DNA of 64,000 nucleotides from Vulcanimicrobiota bacterium (GTDB lineage Bacteria; Vulcanimicrobiota; Vulcanimicrobiia; Vulcanimicrobiales; Vulcanimicrobiaceae): NCBI GenBank assembly GCA_963695225.1, contig OY968762.1, positions 1,024,001 to 1,088,000 of the forward strand, read 5' to 3'. Shown piece by piece: positions 20,028 to 32,109 of this stretch (position 1 is its first letter; each line of letters starts with the position of its first letter). The notes under the pieces were generated by a model. It saw only the letters and a program-made list of their open reading frames with translations, ran no database searches and was not told where the DNA came from. The position numbers and the translations under genes were made by a program.

Positions 20028-20440
20028 CGCGAGAGCCCCGTCAGCGTCACCCGCGCGAACCCGAGATCGATCTCGTCACCGATCTCGATCGCTTCGGCAC
20101 CTTCGAGCAGACGCGCGTTCAGGAACGTCCCGTTGCGACTCTGCAGATCGCGAAGGAAAAGTGTTCCGTCGACTTGATCGATGCGAGCATGCATCCGGCT
20201 CACCTGCGCGTCCGAGAGAACCAGCGTTGCTTCGGGTGAACGGCCGATCGTGACCGGGACCGGGACGCGCACCACGCGAGCCTCGCTTTTCTCCTCCACG
20301 CGAAGCTCGAGTGCCTGCCGTCCGAGGACTTCGTCTTCGAGCCCGGCGCGGCGGCGGCGCGGCCAAGCGAGGAGGACGAACGCTCCAAGCGCTCCGGAGG
20401 CGACGACCGAAACGATGCGTCCGGCAGCCTCGACCGGCAT
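20018..20440 (-). CDS. Membrane-anchored FHA domain protein (FhaB-like)
   Basis: N-terminal TM, then IGR...VSRMHARI...DLQSRNGTFLN...GDEI. Confidence 0.87.
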   Translation of the reverse strand: MPVEAAGRIVSVVASGALGAFVLLAWPRRRRAGLEDEVLGRQALELRVEEKSEARVVRVPVPVTIGRSPEATLVLSDAQVSRMHARIDQVDGTLFLRDLQSRNGTFLNARLLEGAEAIEIGDEIDLGFARVTLTGLSRWT

Positions 20441-21120
20441 CACGAACCGCCGCCGCCCACGATCTCGAGCTCGCTGTCGCCGATGCGCAGCGCGTCCCCC
20501 GCTCTGAGGATCCCCGCCGCGGAGCGCAGACCGTTTAGCAGCACGCCGTTCGCCGAATTCAGGTCGCGGAACGCCACGCTCCCGGCCGCGTCGACGTCGC
20601 AGGCGAGGTGGCGCCGCGAGATGCGCGGATCGTGCAAGACGACGTCGCACGACGGGTCGCGCCCGATCACGAGCGCCCGATCGAGCCTCACCCGGGCGCC
20701 GAGCGGAACGCCGCGCTGCACCACGAGTTCCAGCGACGGCGCGCGCTCGGGCTCGCGGCGCGCGGCGGTCTCGATCGTTGCCGCGCCGAGCGGGATGCTC
20801 CGGTCGGCCTCGAGGCGTACCGAAGGTGCCCGGCGGAGCGGCATGCCGGCGCGCTCGGCCAGGCGCGCGATCGCCGCGCTCCATTGCCGTTCCAGATCGT
20901 CGCGCTCCCCCGCAAGCCGCTCGAAATCGCGCGGCGCGACGCGGACGCGCACCTGCGCGTCGTCCCAGCGGCCCGGCTCGTTCGCTTCGAACGCCGTGAT
21001 CAGCTTGCGCGCCACCTGCACGGGCTCGAGCGCGTTGGGGAAGGCGAGCGCGAAACCCCGTTCGACGGCCACCTCGAGACGCGCTTCGAGCGCCTCGAGG
21101 AGCCGCCCCACGTCACTCAC
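20440..21120 (-). CDS. DUF3662 + FHA domain protein (FhaA-like)
   Basis: LEPVQVARKL N-terminal domain; IGRDPSCDVVLHDPRISRRH...DLNSANG. Confidence 0.85.
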   Translation of the reverse strand: MSDVGRLLEALEARLEVAVERGFALAFPNALEPVQVARKLITAFEANEPGRWDDAQVRVRVAPRDFERLAGERDDLERQWSAAIARLAERAGMPLRRAPSVRLEADRSIPLGAATIETAARREPERAPSLELVVQRGVPLGARVRLDRALVIGRDPSCDVVLHDPRISRRHLACDVDAAGSVAFRDLNSANGVLLNGLRSAAGILRAGDALRIGDSELEIVGGGGS

Positions 21121-22453
21121 GGCGCTCTAGCCGGGCAAGGTAGAACCCGTCGCGCCCTTCGATCCCCGGCGGGACGAGCAACGCACCCTCCCGTTCGAAC
21201 GCGCGCAGCGCCGGCGGAATCTCGCCGAGCGCGAATTCCGGCGTGCGTCCGAGGAACGCCGCGACCGCGTCGCGGCCCTCGCGCGGATCGGTCGAGCAGA
21301 CGCCGTAAACCATCCGCCCGCCGGGGCGCACCCGGGCCGCCGCGCTATCGAGCAGTTCCGCCTGCACCTCGGCGAGACGCTCGCCGTCAGCGGGCGTCTT
21401 GCGCCAGCGCGATTCGGGATGCCGCCCGATGACCCCGAGCGCTGAACACGGCGCGTCGAGCAACACGCCGTCGGAGCCGTGCTCTGCGGCAACGGGCTCG
21501 CGCGCGTCGGCGCAGCGCGTGCGGGCGATCGACACGCCGCTGCGCGCCAGCAACAGCGCTTGGACGTCGTTCTTGCGCCGGTCTCGCTCCACGCAGAGCA
21601 GCTCTCCGCGGTTCTGCATGCGCCCGGCAAGCTGCACGCTCTTGTTCCCGCGCCCGCTGCAAAGCTCGACGATGCGCTCCCCGGGCCGGGGATCGAGGAG
21701 CGCGACGCATAGCGCCGCCGACTCGCTCTGCACGGTCCACCGGCCGGCGGGATCTTCGCCGGCGACGCCCTCCGTCACGACGATCGTCTCGTCGACGTAC
21801 TCCGAGGCCCGCGCCGCAACGCCGCGCGCCGCCAATTCGGCGAGCACTTCGTCGCGCGTCGCACGCAGCGCGTTGACGAGCAGCGCCTGCTGCGGCTGCG
21901 CGTTGACGCCCTTCAGGATTTCGGGCAGGAGAGCGGAGCCGAACGTCTGCTCCCACTGCCGCGTGATCCAGGTCGGTAGCGACGCCGCGAGCGCCGCGGC
22001 GTCGGTCTCGTTCTTCCCGTCGCCCGGCTGCGGGGCCGGCGGCGCGTCGGCGATGAAGCGGCGCAGCACCGCGTTCACGAGCCCGGCCGTCCCCTTGTGC
22101 CCGTAGCGCCTCGCGAGGTTCACGGTCTCATAGACGGCCGCGTGGTCGTCCACGCCGCCCATACAGCGAAGCTGATAGACGCCCAGGCGCAAGATCTCCA
22201 TGATCGCCGGCGGGAGCGGATGCTCGCGACCGCCCACGTAGGGCGCGAGATACCAATCGAGCAGGCGCCGCATCTTGATCGACCCGTAGGCGATCTCCGC
22301 GGCGAACGCGCGGTCGCGCGCATCCAGACCCGATTCGCGGACATGATGGTCGAACGCCGCTTGCGCGCCGCGCTGCTCCGGCGAGAAGACGTCCCGTACC
22401 GTGCGCAGAGCGGTCTCGCGCGCCGAGCGGTTCACGGGGGCGGCGACGTTCAT
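21113..22453 (-). CDS. rsmB: 16S rRNA m5C967 methyltransferase RsmB/Sun
   Basis: NusB-like N-terminus (ILRLGVYQL, LVNAVLRR), LLDAPCS, DGFY. Lies directly after fmt. Confidence 0.92.
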   Translation of the reverse strand: MNVAAPVNRSARETALRTVRDVFSPEQRGAQAAFDHHVRESGLDARDRAFAAEIAYGSIKMRRLLDWYLAPYVGGREHPLPPAIMEILRLGVYQLRCMGGVDDHAAVYETVNLARRYGHKGTAGLVNAVLRRFIADAPPAPQPGDGKNETDAAALAASLPTWITRQWEQTFGSALLPEILKGVNAQPQQALLVNALRATRDEVLAELAARGVAARASEYVDETIVVTEGVAGEDPAGRWTVQSESAALCVALLDPRPGERIVELCSGRGNKSVQLAGRMQNRGELLCVERDRRKNDVQALLLARSGVSIARTRCADAREPVAAEHGSDGVLLDAPCSALGVIGRHPESRWRKTPADGERLAEVQAELLDSAAARVRPGGRMVYGVCSTDPREGRDAVAAFLGRTPEFALGEIPPALRAFEREGALLVPPGIEGRDGFYLARLERRE

Positions 22454-23487
22454 CGGCCGCTCGCAGCGTGCCCGCGCGCGCCTTCGAGCGCCGTTGCGGC
22501 GCTCGCGCCGTCCGTTTCGCCCCGATTCGGAGCGATCGCTCGCTCGATGACCACGGCACCTACGCCGCACTGCGCCACTGCGATTCTCTTCATCCCCTCC
22601 GCTTCCGGCAACACGATCCAAGTGCCCGCCTCCGGCCGCCCGCGCGCAGCCAACCGCGCGCATTCCGCCTCGGTCGCGAGGCGCGCGGAAACGACCTTGA
22701 CGGCGAGCCCTTCGCGCGGGACGTGCCGCGCGAGCGGCTGCGGAGCGAGGGAACGGACCAGATCGACGACCGACTTCGCGGATTTCGTCCAATCGATCGC
22801 GAGATCGGCCTTCGCGAGCGGCCGCGTCAGCGTCGCCGCGATCTCCTCGGCCGGGACGCCGAGCGAGGACTGCGGGAAGCGCGCTTGCGTCCGCGCTGCG
22901 GCCCGCTCGAGCGCCCGGACCAGCAATTCCGCACCGATGGCCGCGAAGCGGTCGTGAAGCTCGCCGTAGGTCTCGCGCGGCCCGATCGGGCGCGCTTCCT
23001 GGAGCACGATATCCCCGGTATCCATGCCGGCGTCCATCAGCATGATCGTCACGCCGCTGAGCGTCGCGCCGTCGCGAAGCGCGCTTTGAAGCGGCGTCGC
23101 GCCGCGATACCGCGGCAACAGGCTCGGATGCACGTTGAGGAAGCCGTAGGGCGGCAGCGCGAGGATCGAGCGCGGCACGATCTTGCCGTAGGAGGCGAGC
23201 GCGAACAGGTCGGCACCCGCATCGCGCAGCGCTTCGAATGCGCCGGCCAAGCGCGCCGGTTCCGCTACCTCGATTTCGAGTTCGCGCGCGACCGTCTTGA
23301 CCGGGGTCGGCTGCAAGCGATGCCCGCGGCCGCTCGGACGATCCGGTTGCGTGACGACGAGCCGGACGTCGCTCGCCGCGGCCAGCGCCCGAAGGGAGGG
23401 GACGGCGAACTCGCTCGTCCCGAAGAAGACGGTGCGCAGCCTTCGCCGCGCCTCAGGCGGAAAGGGCGGCCTCCGAGACGCGCGCAT
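22450..23487 (-). CDS. fmt: Methionyl-tRNA formyltransferase
   Basis: FFGTSEFA, VVTQPDRPSGRG, NVHPSLLPRYRGATP, MDAGMDTGD. Start uncertain. Confidence 0.95.
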   Translation of the reverse strand: MRASRRPPFPPEARRRLRTVFFGTSEFAVPSLRALAAASDVRLVVTQPDRPSGRGHRLQPTPVKTVARELEIEVAEPARLAGAFEALRDAGADLFALASYGKIVPRSILALPPYGFLNVHPSLLPRYRGATPLQSALRDGATLSGVTIMLMDAGMDTGDIVLQEARPIGPRETYGELHDRFAAIGAELLVRALERAAARTQARFPQSSLGVPAEEIAATLTRPLAKADLAIDWTKSAKSVVDLVRSLAPQPLARHVPREGLAVKVVSARLATEAECARLAARGRPEAGTWIVLPEAEGMKRIAVAQCGVGAVVIERAIAPNRGETDGASAATALEGARGHAASGR

Positions 23488-24028
23488 TCCGGCGGACCGC
23501 TTCGGCCTCGGTTTCGACCTCAGCGAGGGCGGCATGCTCTTCCGGCGTGGATGCCGGACGGATGTTCTGTGCCTTGTCCGTGTAGAGGATCCCGTCGAGG
23601 TGATCCATCTCGTGTTGCAGGCAGCGGCCGAAGAGGCCGGTCCCTTCGAGCGTGATCTTCCGCCCGCGCCGGTCGAGCGCGACGCAGACGACGCGCTCGT
23701 AGCGCTTCAGGTCGCCGATCAAGCCGGGGACCGAGAGGCAACCCTCGACGGAATCGATCTCCCCTTCCGTCTCGGTGAACTGGGGATTGATCAGGACGAG
23801 GGGGCCGTGCTTGCGGTTGTCGTCGTGCATGTCGATAACGACCAATCGCTTGCTTATGTCGACTTGCGGTGCGGCCAATCCGATCCCCGGCGCTTCGTAG
23901 AGCGTCTCGAACATGTCGTCGATGAGCTGCTGGAACATCGGCTCCCGCAGTTCATCCCGCTCGACGCGCTTCGCGACTTTTCGGAGGGTCGGGTGTCCGT
24001 CCGTCAGGATCGTCCGTACGTAAGGCAT
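23453..24028 (-). CDS. def: Peptide deformylase
   Basis: GIGLAAPQ, EGCLS, QHEMDHLDG. Confidence 0.97.
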   Translation of the reverse strand: MPYVRTILTDGHPTLRKVAKRVERDELREPMFQQLIDDMFETLYEAPGIGLAAPQVDISKRLVVIDMHDDNRKHGPLVLINPQFTETEGEIDSVEGCLSVPGLIGDLKRYERVVCVALDRRGRKITLEGTGLFGRCLQHEMDHLDGILYTDKAQNIRPASTPEEHAALAEVETEAEAVRRNARVSEAALSA

Positions 24029-24090
24029 AGCTGTACCATTCTACCGCATTTCGGCGCGTCCGGTTGCGCCTTCTCGGGCCCGGCGCCCGC

Positions 24091-25541
<1,451 letters not shown>

Positions 25542-25545
<4 letters not shown>

Positions 25546-26930
25546 CGCAGCGAGCTCCCGAGCTCGTCGTAGAGGTACGCCATCGTTTCGATCCCGAGGA
25601 AGAACTGGTTCAAATCGAACTTCTCGTTCGGCGAGTGGATCGCGTCGTCGGGGAGGCCGACGCCGATGAGCACTTGCGGGAGGCCGAGGATCCGATCGAA
25701 GCTCGCGCAGGGGCCGATCGTTCCGCCGATCCCGATGTACGCGGGCGGCTTGCCGAAGCCGCGTTCCATCGCGCGCGCCGCCGCGGCGACCGCGGGATGA
25801 TCGCGCGAGGTTTCGACCGCGCGCAGATTCCCCCGCGCCTCGATCTCGAAGCGCACGCCGGGCGGTGCATTCGCTATCAGGAAATCGGTGACGGCGAGCT
25901 TGACGTGTTCCGGATCTTGTTCCGGGACGAGCCGCGACGTCAGCTTCGCCTTCGCGTAGCTCGGGATGATCGTCTTGGTGCCCGGCCCCTGATACCCGCC
26001 CCAGATCCCGTTGAGTTCGAGCGTCGGGCGGGCCCAGACGCGTTCGAGCGGCAAGCGGTCGCGCTCGCCGCCGGCGAGTTCGGCGACTCCGAGCGCTCGG
26101 GCCTCGCGCGCTTCGTCGTAGGGCAGCGCGGCGATCTGTTCGCGCTCCTCGTCGTTCAGTTCGCGCACGCCGTCGTAGAATCCGGGGACGGCGACGCGCC
26201 CGCCCTCGTCCTTCAACGTCGCGAGCATCTGGGCGAGCGCTTCGATCGGGTTCTTCACGAGGCCGCCGAAATTCCCCGAATGCAAGTCGACCGCGGGCCC
26301 GTAGACGCCGATCTCCCACTCGACGAGGCCGCGCAGGGAGACGGAGAGCGAGGGAACGTCCTCGGCAAACACGGCGGTATCCGAAACGAGCACGACGTCG
26401 CAGGCGAAGCGTTCCCGCTCACGCAGGAGAAACGCATCGAAGTTGGGCGAGCCGATCTCTTCCTCGCCCTCGATGACGACCTTCACGTTGACGGGCAAGC
26501 GGCCGTGCGTGCGCAGGTGCGCTTCGAGAGCCGCGACGTGCATGAGCACTTGCCCTTTGTCGTCGACGACGCCGCGCCCGAAGATCTTCCCCTCGCGCAC
26601 TTCGGCGGCGAACGGCGGCGAGACCCACAGCTCGAGCGGGTCGGCGGGTTGCACGTCGTAGTGGCCGTAGATCAGCACGGTCGGCGCGCCGGGAGCGTGG
26701 AGCCACGAACCGTACGCGACGGGATTGCCGTCCGTCTCGAGGACGAGCGCCTCGTCGAGGCCGGCGGCACGCATGCGCGCAACCGCGCTTTCCGCCGAGC
26801 GCCGGACGTCCGCCGCGAACGCGGGGTCGGCCGAGATCGACGGGCACGCCGTCCAGTCCGTCAACTCCGCGAGATAGCGCTCCCGATTCGCGCGAATGAA
26901 CGCAATGACGCCCTCGGTCGCGACCGTCAT
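25542..26930 (-). CDS. M20 family dipeptidase (CNDP2/Dug1-like)
   Basis: [38 protein letters not shown]. Confidence 0.92.
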
Positions 26931-26931
26931 G

Positions 26932-27462
26932 CTAGCAAACCTCCACGGTGATGTCGTCGTTCGTATAGATGCAGATCTTGGAAGCGATCTCGAGCGCGGC
27001 GCGCGCGATCGCTTCCGCATCGAGCGTGGTGAACTTAACGAGCGCTTGGGCCGCCGCTTGGGCGTACGGACCTCCGCTGCCGATTGCCGCGACCCCCTCG
27101 TCCGGTTCGATGACGTCGCCGTTCCCGCTGATCACGAAGAGATGCTCCGCGTTCCCCGCCACCAGCAGCGCCTCCAGCCGGCGCAGCGCGCGGTCCTGGC
27201 GCCAATCCTTCGCCAACTCGACGGCTGCGCGGACGATGTTGCCCTTGTACTCGGCGAGCTTTCCCTCGAATTTCTCGAGCAGCGTGATCCCGTCGGCGGC
27301 GCTCCCGGCGAAACCCACGAGGACGGCCCCGTTCGCGATCCGGCGCACCTTGCGCGCGCCGTGCTTCATCACCGTCTTGTCGAACGTCACCTGGCCGTCG
27401 CCGGCGATCGCGAGCTTCCCGTCGCGGCGCACGGCGAGGATCGTCGTAGATCGAATTCGCAT
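26932..27462 (-). CDS. hslV: HslV threonine protease subunit
   Basis: [40 protein letters not shown]. Confidence 0.97.
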   Translation of the reverse strand: MRIRSTTILAVRRDGKLAIAGDGQVTFDKTVMKHGARKVRRIANGAVLVGFAGSAADGITLLEKFEGKLAEYKGNIVRAAVELAKDWRQDRALRRLEALLVAGNAEHLFVISGNGDVIEPDEGVAAIGSGGPYAQAAAQALVKFTTLDAEAIARAALEIASKICIYTNDDITVEVC

Positions 27463-27533
27463 CACGGCTAGGTATCCGGCGAACGGCACCGGGTTTCATT
27501 CCGCGCCGCGGCGCGCGGAACGCGCGGCGAATC

Positions 27534-28922
27534 TCAGAGCGCCTGAACGGCGGCCTCTTCCGGCTCGAGCGCGGCGCGCCACGCGTCGAGCAGAGCGAGC
27601 GCGCGTTCGGCGAGGCGGCGGCGGCGTTCGCGCTTCTCGCGGATAGGGCGGCCGGGGAGCGGCGAAAACGGGGCCCAACTCACGTTGGAGGGTTGGAAAT
27701 CCGGCGTCGTCGTGTTCTGCAGATGCGAGACGATCGCGCCGAGCGCGGTATCGGCGGGTACGGGAAGCGGCGGAAGACCGAGCAGGCGTCGCGCGGCCGC
27801 GACGGCGGCGATCGCGCCGCACGCGGCCGCCTCCACGTACCCTTCGGCCCCGGTGATCTGTCCCGCGAACCAGGTCCGTTCCGTCCCGCGCAGGCGCAAA
27901 TCGGGGAGCAAGAGGCGCGGCGCATCGACGAACGAGTTGCGGTGCATGACGCCGAGGCGAATCCACTCGGCATTCTCGAGGCCGGGGAGCTTGCCGAACG
28001 CCTCCCGTTGCGCGGGCCACGTCAGGCGCGTTTGGAAGCCGACGAGGTTCATCGCCGAGCCGGCCGCGTTCTCTTTGCGGAGTTGCACGACGGCGTACGG
28101 CGTGATACCGGTCTCCGGGTGCCGCAGGCCGACGGGTTTGAGCGGCCCGAAGCGGAGCGTCTCGTCGCCGCGCAGCGCCATCTCCTCGATCGGGAGGCAG
28201 CCTTCGAAGTAAGGGATCGACCCGCTCGCGGCGTCGATCTCGAAACCTTTCGGATCGTGCTTGGGCAAGGTGCGCAGGTCGTGCACGAGCCGTTCGTACC
28301 GCTCGCGGTCGAGCGGGATGTTGAGATAGTCGTCGCCGTCGCCCTTTTCGTACCGCGACTTACGATACATGAGGCGCTGGTCGAGGGACTCCGTCGCGAC
28401 GATCGGTGAGGCAGCGTCGTAATAGTGCAGGCGTCGCGTCGCTCCCTCCGGCGCGACGCGCGCGAGCAACGCATCGATCGCCGCGGCGAGCGCGGGCGAG
28501 GGAAGCGGCCCGCAGGCGACGATCGTCGCGACTTCGGCGTCGAGCGAGACTGCTTCTTCGCGAATGATGCGGATGCGCGGTTCGGCGGCCAAGCGCCGTT
28601 CGACGAGCGCGGAGAACGCCGCGCGATCGACCGCGAGGGCGCCGCCCGCCGGGACGGCGGCCACGCGCGCCGCCGTCACGATCAGCGAACCCAGGCGCGC
28701 GAGCTCCTCCTTGAGCAGGCCGGCGGCGTTCTCGAGCGCCGCTCCGCGCAGCGAATTGCTGCAGACGAGTTCCGCTAGCCCGTCCGTTGCGTGCGCCGGC
28801 CCGCGCACGTGCGGCCGCATCTCGTAGAGGTCGACGTCGATCCCGCGCCGCGCCGCCTGCCAGGCCGCCTCGCATCCCGCGAGGCCCGCCCCGAGCACGC
28901 GCAGGCGCGGCGCCTCACTCAC
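27534..28922 (-). CDS. trmFO: Folate/FAD-dependent tRNA m5U54 methyltransferase
   Basis: GAGLAGCEAA, ELVCSNS, FEGCLPIE, FGPLKPVGL, GVMHRNSF, AGQITGAEGY. Confidence 0.96.
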   Translation of the reverse strand: MSEAPRLRVLGAGLAGCEAAWQAARRGIDVDLYEMRPHVRGPAHATDGLAELVCSNSLRGAALENAAGLLKEELARLGSLIVTAARVAAVPAGGALAVDRAAFSALVERRLAAEPRIRIIREEAVSLDAEVATIVACGPLPSPALAAAIDALLARVAPEGATRRLHYYDAASPIVATESLDQRLMYRKSRYEKGDGDDYLNIPLDRERYERLVHDLRTLPKHDPKGFEIDAASGSIPYFEGCLPIEEMALRGDETLRFGPLKPVGLRHPETGITPYAVVQLRKENAAGSAMNLVGFQTRLTWPAQREAFGKLPGLENAEWIRLGVMHRNSFVDAPRLLLPDLRLRGTERTWFAGQITGAEGYVEAAACGAIAAVAAARRLLGLPPLPVPADTALGAIVSHLQNTTTPDFQPSNVSWAPFSPLPGRPIREKRERRRRLAERALALLDAWRAALEPEEAAVQAL

Positions 28923-31075
28923 GCAAGGACTTCCTCCGGTTCGCGCTCGGCCGCGCTGCCGATCGCGGATACGTCGTGCCCCTTATCCGCGCTGCACTCG
29001 AATGAGGGGACGCCGCGTTTGGATTTGGCGATGACGTACGCTCCGCAGACGGGGCAGGGATCCGCCACGACGCGATCCCACGAGACGAAGTCGCAGCTCG
29101 GATAGTTCGCGCAGCCGAAGAACGTGCGCCCCTTGCGAGACTTACGCTCGACGATCTTCCCGCCGTCCTTGGGGCAGAGCGCGCCCGTGTCTTTGAGGAT
29201 CGGTTTCGTGGTCTTGCATTCCGGATACCCCGAACACGAGATGAAGCGCCCGAACCGTCCGGTCTTGATCACCATCGAACGGCCGCACTTCTCGCAGATC
29301 TCGTCGGTCGGCTCGTCTTTCAACTCGACCTTCGGCAGCTTCAGTTCGGCTTCGGCGAGATCGCGTTCGAACGGACCGTAGAAATCGCGCAGAACGTCCA
29401 CCCAATTTGCGTTCTGCTCGGCGACCGCGTCCAGCTTGGACTCCATCGTCGCGGTGTACGCGAGGTTCATGATCTCTTTGAAGTGCTCTTCGAGCAGCGC
29501 GTTCACGGCCGTCCCGATCTCGGTCGGGTGGAAACGCCGCTCGATCTGGTGCACGTAGCCGCGTGCCTGAACCGTCTCGACGATCGTGCTGTAGGTCGAG
29601 GGGCGGCCGATTCCGTTCTCCTCGAGCGCGCGGACGAGCGACGCCTCCGTATAGCGCGGGGGCGGCTCCGTGAAGTGCTGCTTGGCTTCGACGCCCTTGC
29701 GTTCGAGGGCGTCGCCGGCCTCGAGCGCCGGAAGCAGCACGCGTTCCTTCGCGCCCTTCGCCTTCGCCCCGGGTTCGATCTCGGGGAGCGCGTCGTCGCG
29801 TCCCTCCTCGTAGACGGCCGTGTAGCCCGCGAACTTGAGCACGCTCCCCGTCGCGCGCAACCCGTACTTCGGAGCCCCCTTCGCCTTCGCCTCGATCTCG
29901 ACGGTCGTCTGATCGAACACCGCCGCCGACATTTGCGAGGCGACGAAGCGCTCCCAGATCAACCGATAGAGCCGCAATTCGTCGCGTTTGAGGATGCCCG
30001 CGAGCCGGTCCGGCGTGCGCGTCACGTCCGTCGGGCGGATCGCCTCGTGCGCGTCCTGGGCGCCTTCGCGAAGCTTGTGCGTTCGAGTCCCGTCGTAGAA
30101 TTCGGCCCCGTATTCCTTCTCGATGAACGCCTTGGCGGCGTCCCGCGCGCCCTCGGAGATGCGCGTCGAGTCCGTGCGCATGTAGGTGATCAGACCCTGC
30201 GTCCCGGCGCTCCCGAGGTCGACGCCTTCGTATAAGGACTGCGCGATCTGCATCGTCCGGCGGACGCGGAGCCGCAACTTGCGCGAGCCCTCTTGCTGCA
30301 ACGTCGAGGTCGTGAAGGGTGCCGCCGCGTTGCGCCGCACCTCGCGCTTCTTGACGCCCGCGACCGCAAACGCGGCCCGGCGCAGATCGGCGACGATCGC
30401 CTGCGCGGCGTCGCCGTCCGTAACCTCGGTCTTCTTCCCGTCGATTGCATAGAACTCGGCCGGAAACACGACGGGCGAGCCGCCGACCGCGAGCTGCGCC
30501 GCGATCGTCCAGTATTCGCGCGGGACGAACGCGGCGATCTCTCGTTCGCGGTCGACGACGAGCTTCACCGCGACCGACTGCACGCGGCCGGCCGAGAGCC
30601 CTCCGCGCACCTTCGCCCAGAGCAGCGGAGAGATCTTGTAGCCGACGAGCCGGTCGAGGATGCGGCGCGCCTGCTGCGCGTTGACGCGGTCCATATCGAT
30701 CGGCTGCGGATGGGCGATCGCCTTGAGCGCGGCGTCCTTCGTGATCTCGTGGAGCTCGATGCGCTTGGGATGATCGAGCTTGAGCAGCTCGGCCAGGTGC
30801 CAAGCGATCGCCTCGCCTTCGCGATCGGGGTCGGTCGCGAGGAAGACGTCGCTCGCCGTCTTGAGCGCGCTCCGTAAGTCTTTGATGACGTCGCCCTTCC
30901 CCTTGATCGTGAGGTAACGCGGGGCGAAATCGTGCTCGACGTCGACGCCCAGCGTGCTCTTGGGGAGGTCGCGGACGTGCCCCACCGACGCCTTCACGAC
31001 GTAGCGCGCCGGCAAAAACTTCTTGATCGTTCGCGCCTTCGTCGGCGATTCGACGATGATGAGCGGCTTCTTCAA
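28919..31075 (-). CDS. topA: DNA topoisomerase I with C-terminal zinc ribbons
   Basis: IVESPTKA, ATDPDREGE, SAGRVQS, ITYMRTDS, GIGRPSTY, and C4 zinc ribbons. Confidence 0.98.
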   Translation of the reverse strand: MKKPLIIVESPTKARTIKKFLPARYVVKASVGHVRDLPKSTLGVDVEHDFAPRYLTIKGKGDVIKDLRSALKTASDVFLATDPDREGEAIAWHLAELLKLDHPKRIELHEITKDAALKAIAHPQPIDMDRVNAQQARRILDRLVGYKISPLLWAKVRGGLSAGRVQSVAVKLVVDREREIAAFVPREYWTIAAQLAVGGSPVVFPAEFYAIDGKKTEVTDGDAAQAIVADLRRAAFAVAGVKKREVRRNAAAPFTTSTLQQEGSRKLRLRVRRTMQIAQSLYEGVDLGSAGTQGLITYMRTDSTRISEGARDAAKAFIEKEYGAEFYDGTRTHKLREGAQDAHEAIRPTDVTRTPDRLAGILKRDELRLYRLIWERFVASQMSAAVFDQTTVEIEAKAKGAPKYGLRATGSVLKFAGYTAVYEEGRDDALPEIEPGAKAKGAKERVLLPALEAGDALERKGVEAKQHFTEPPPRYTEASLVRALEENGIGRPSTYSTIVETVQARGYVHQIERRFHPTEIGTAVNALLEEHFKEIMNLAYTATMESKLDAVAEQNANWVDVLRDFYGPFERDLAEAELKLPKVELKDEPTDEICEKCGRSMVIKTGRFGRFISCSGYPECKTTKPILKDTGALCPKDGGKIVERKSRKGRTFFGCANYPSCDFVSWDRVVADPCPVCGAYVIAKSKRGVPSFECSADKGHDVSAIGSAAEREPEEVLA

Positions 31076-31528
31076 CCTGTCCCCGTTCCTCCGGAATCCT
31101 GTTCCCTGCCGAGTGGATAAAGCGCCCTTAGTATACCCTCGCCGTCAACCTGGGCGATAGCGGACCGCTTGCCGGGCGCCCCCGCCGCGGTTCGAGAGCG
31201 CCGTCTCGAACCGCGCTCAAAGCGCGCTCGAACTGCATCGCGGGCGCTCTCGCGCGCCGTCGCAGAATACTCGCCGCACCGCGAACCGGCTTCCCCCGGG
31301 GGAGAAGCGCGCGCGTTCGCACGCTCGTGCGTTGCCCGCTCCGTTCCGCGCGCACCGGCGGCGGCGCTCGTTCCCGCTGCGCGCCAGGTGCCGGCATAGC
31401 GCGCAACGCCTTGTTTCATCGGGGTTTGCGCTTCCTCTCGCGGTGCGGATCGGCGCTTGGGGAGGGAGCGTCGGGCCGCGCATGCAGCGCGTCGCGTGCA
31501 ATTCGATGCGCGCGCGAGCTAAGAAATC

Positions 31529-31557
31529 TTGCAATAATACCCGATGCGATGTACGAT
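31529..31557 (+). promoter_or_regulatory. Putative sigma70 promoter of the histone-like gene
   Basis: TTGCAA-N17-TACGAT, about 75 nt upstream of a GGAGG RBS and ATG 31631. Confidence 0.55.
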
Positions 31558-31630
31558 GCACCCAAAGACATCGATGGTAGCGTCGATGTTTCCACTCGTT
31601 GATCGTCCGTCTCACGGACGTGGAGGTTGA

Positions 31631-32032
31631 ATGGAAGGCGAAGTTCTCGAGCAACCGGCAGAGGCACCGAAGCGCCGCCGTAAAGCGGCCCCCCGCAAGA
31701 AGACTGCGACGCGCAAGAAAGCGGCCGCCAAGAAGACGACCCGCAAGAAGGCGCCGGGACGCAAGAAGGCCGCCGGACGCAAGAAAGCCGTCGCGAAGAA
31801 GGCACCCGGACGCAAGAAGAAAGCGGCCGCCAAGAAAACGACCCGCAAGAAGGCGACTCGCAAAAAGGTCGCCGGACGCAAGAAGGCTGCCGGACGCAAG
31901 AAGGCTACCGGACGCAAGAAGGCTACCGGACGCAAGAAGGCTGCCGGACGCAAGAAGGCTACCGGACGCAAGAAGGCTACCGGACGCAAGAAGGCTACGC
32001 GGAAGACGGCAGCCCGCAAGAAAAAGGCCTAA
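31631..32032 (+). CDS. Lys/Arg/Ala-rich histone H1-like nucleoid protein (Hc2/AlgP-like composition)
   Basis: GGAGG RBS. After a short acidic head the protein is almost only RKKA/RKKT repeats; it has its own promoter and terminator. Confidence 0.8.
   Translation: MEGEVLEQPAEAPKRRRKAAPRKKTATRKKAAAKKTTRKKAPGRKKAAGRKKAVAKKAPGRKKKAAAKKTTRKKATRKKVAGRKKAAGRKKATGRKKATGRKKAAGRKKATGRKKATGRKKATRKTAARKKKA
31871..31996 (+). repeat. 7 tandem copies of the 18-nt unit RCCGGACGCAAGAAGGCT (encodes A/T-GRKKA)
   Basis: Counted directly. Units differ only at the first base and there are no spacers. Confidence 0.95.
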
Positions 32033-32050
32033 CGGATCGGCCGAACGTCG

Positions 32051-32090
32051 AGAAGAGAGCGATCGCAGACGCGATCGCTCTCTTCTATTT
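32051..32090. terminator. Probable bidirectional intrinsic terminator
   Basis: Perfect 16-bp inverted repeat AGAAGAGAGCGATCGC-agac-GCGATCGCTCTCTTCT between convergent genes. Confidence 0.8.
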
Positions 32091-32109
32091 CTGCGCCCTG
32101 CGTCCGCGA

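Noticed and set aside
31871..31996. Direct repeat array as a possible CRISPR
   Set aside because: Units are contiguous 18-mers with no spacers, lie in frame in a Lys-rich CDS, and no cas genes are present.
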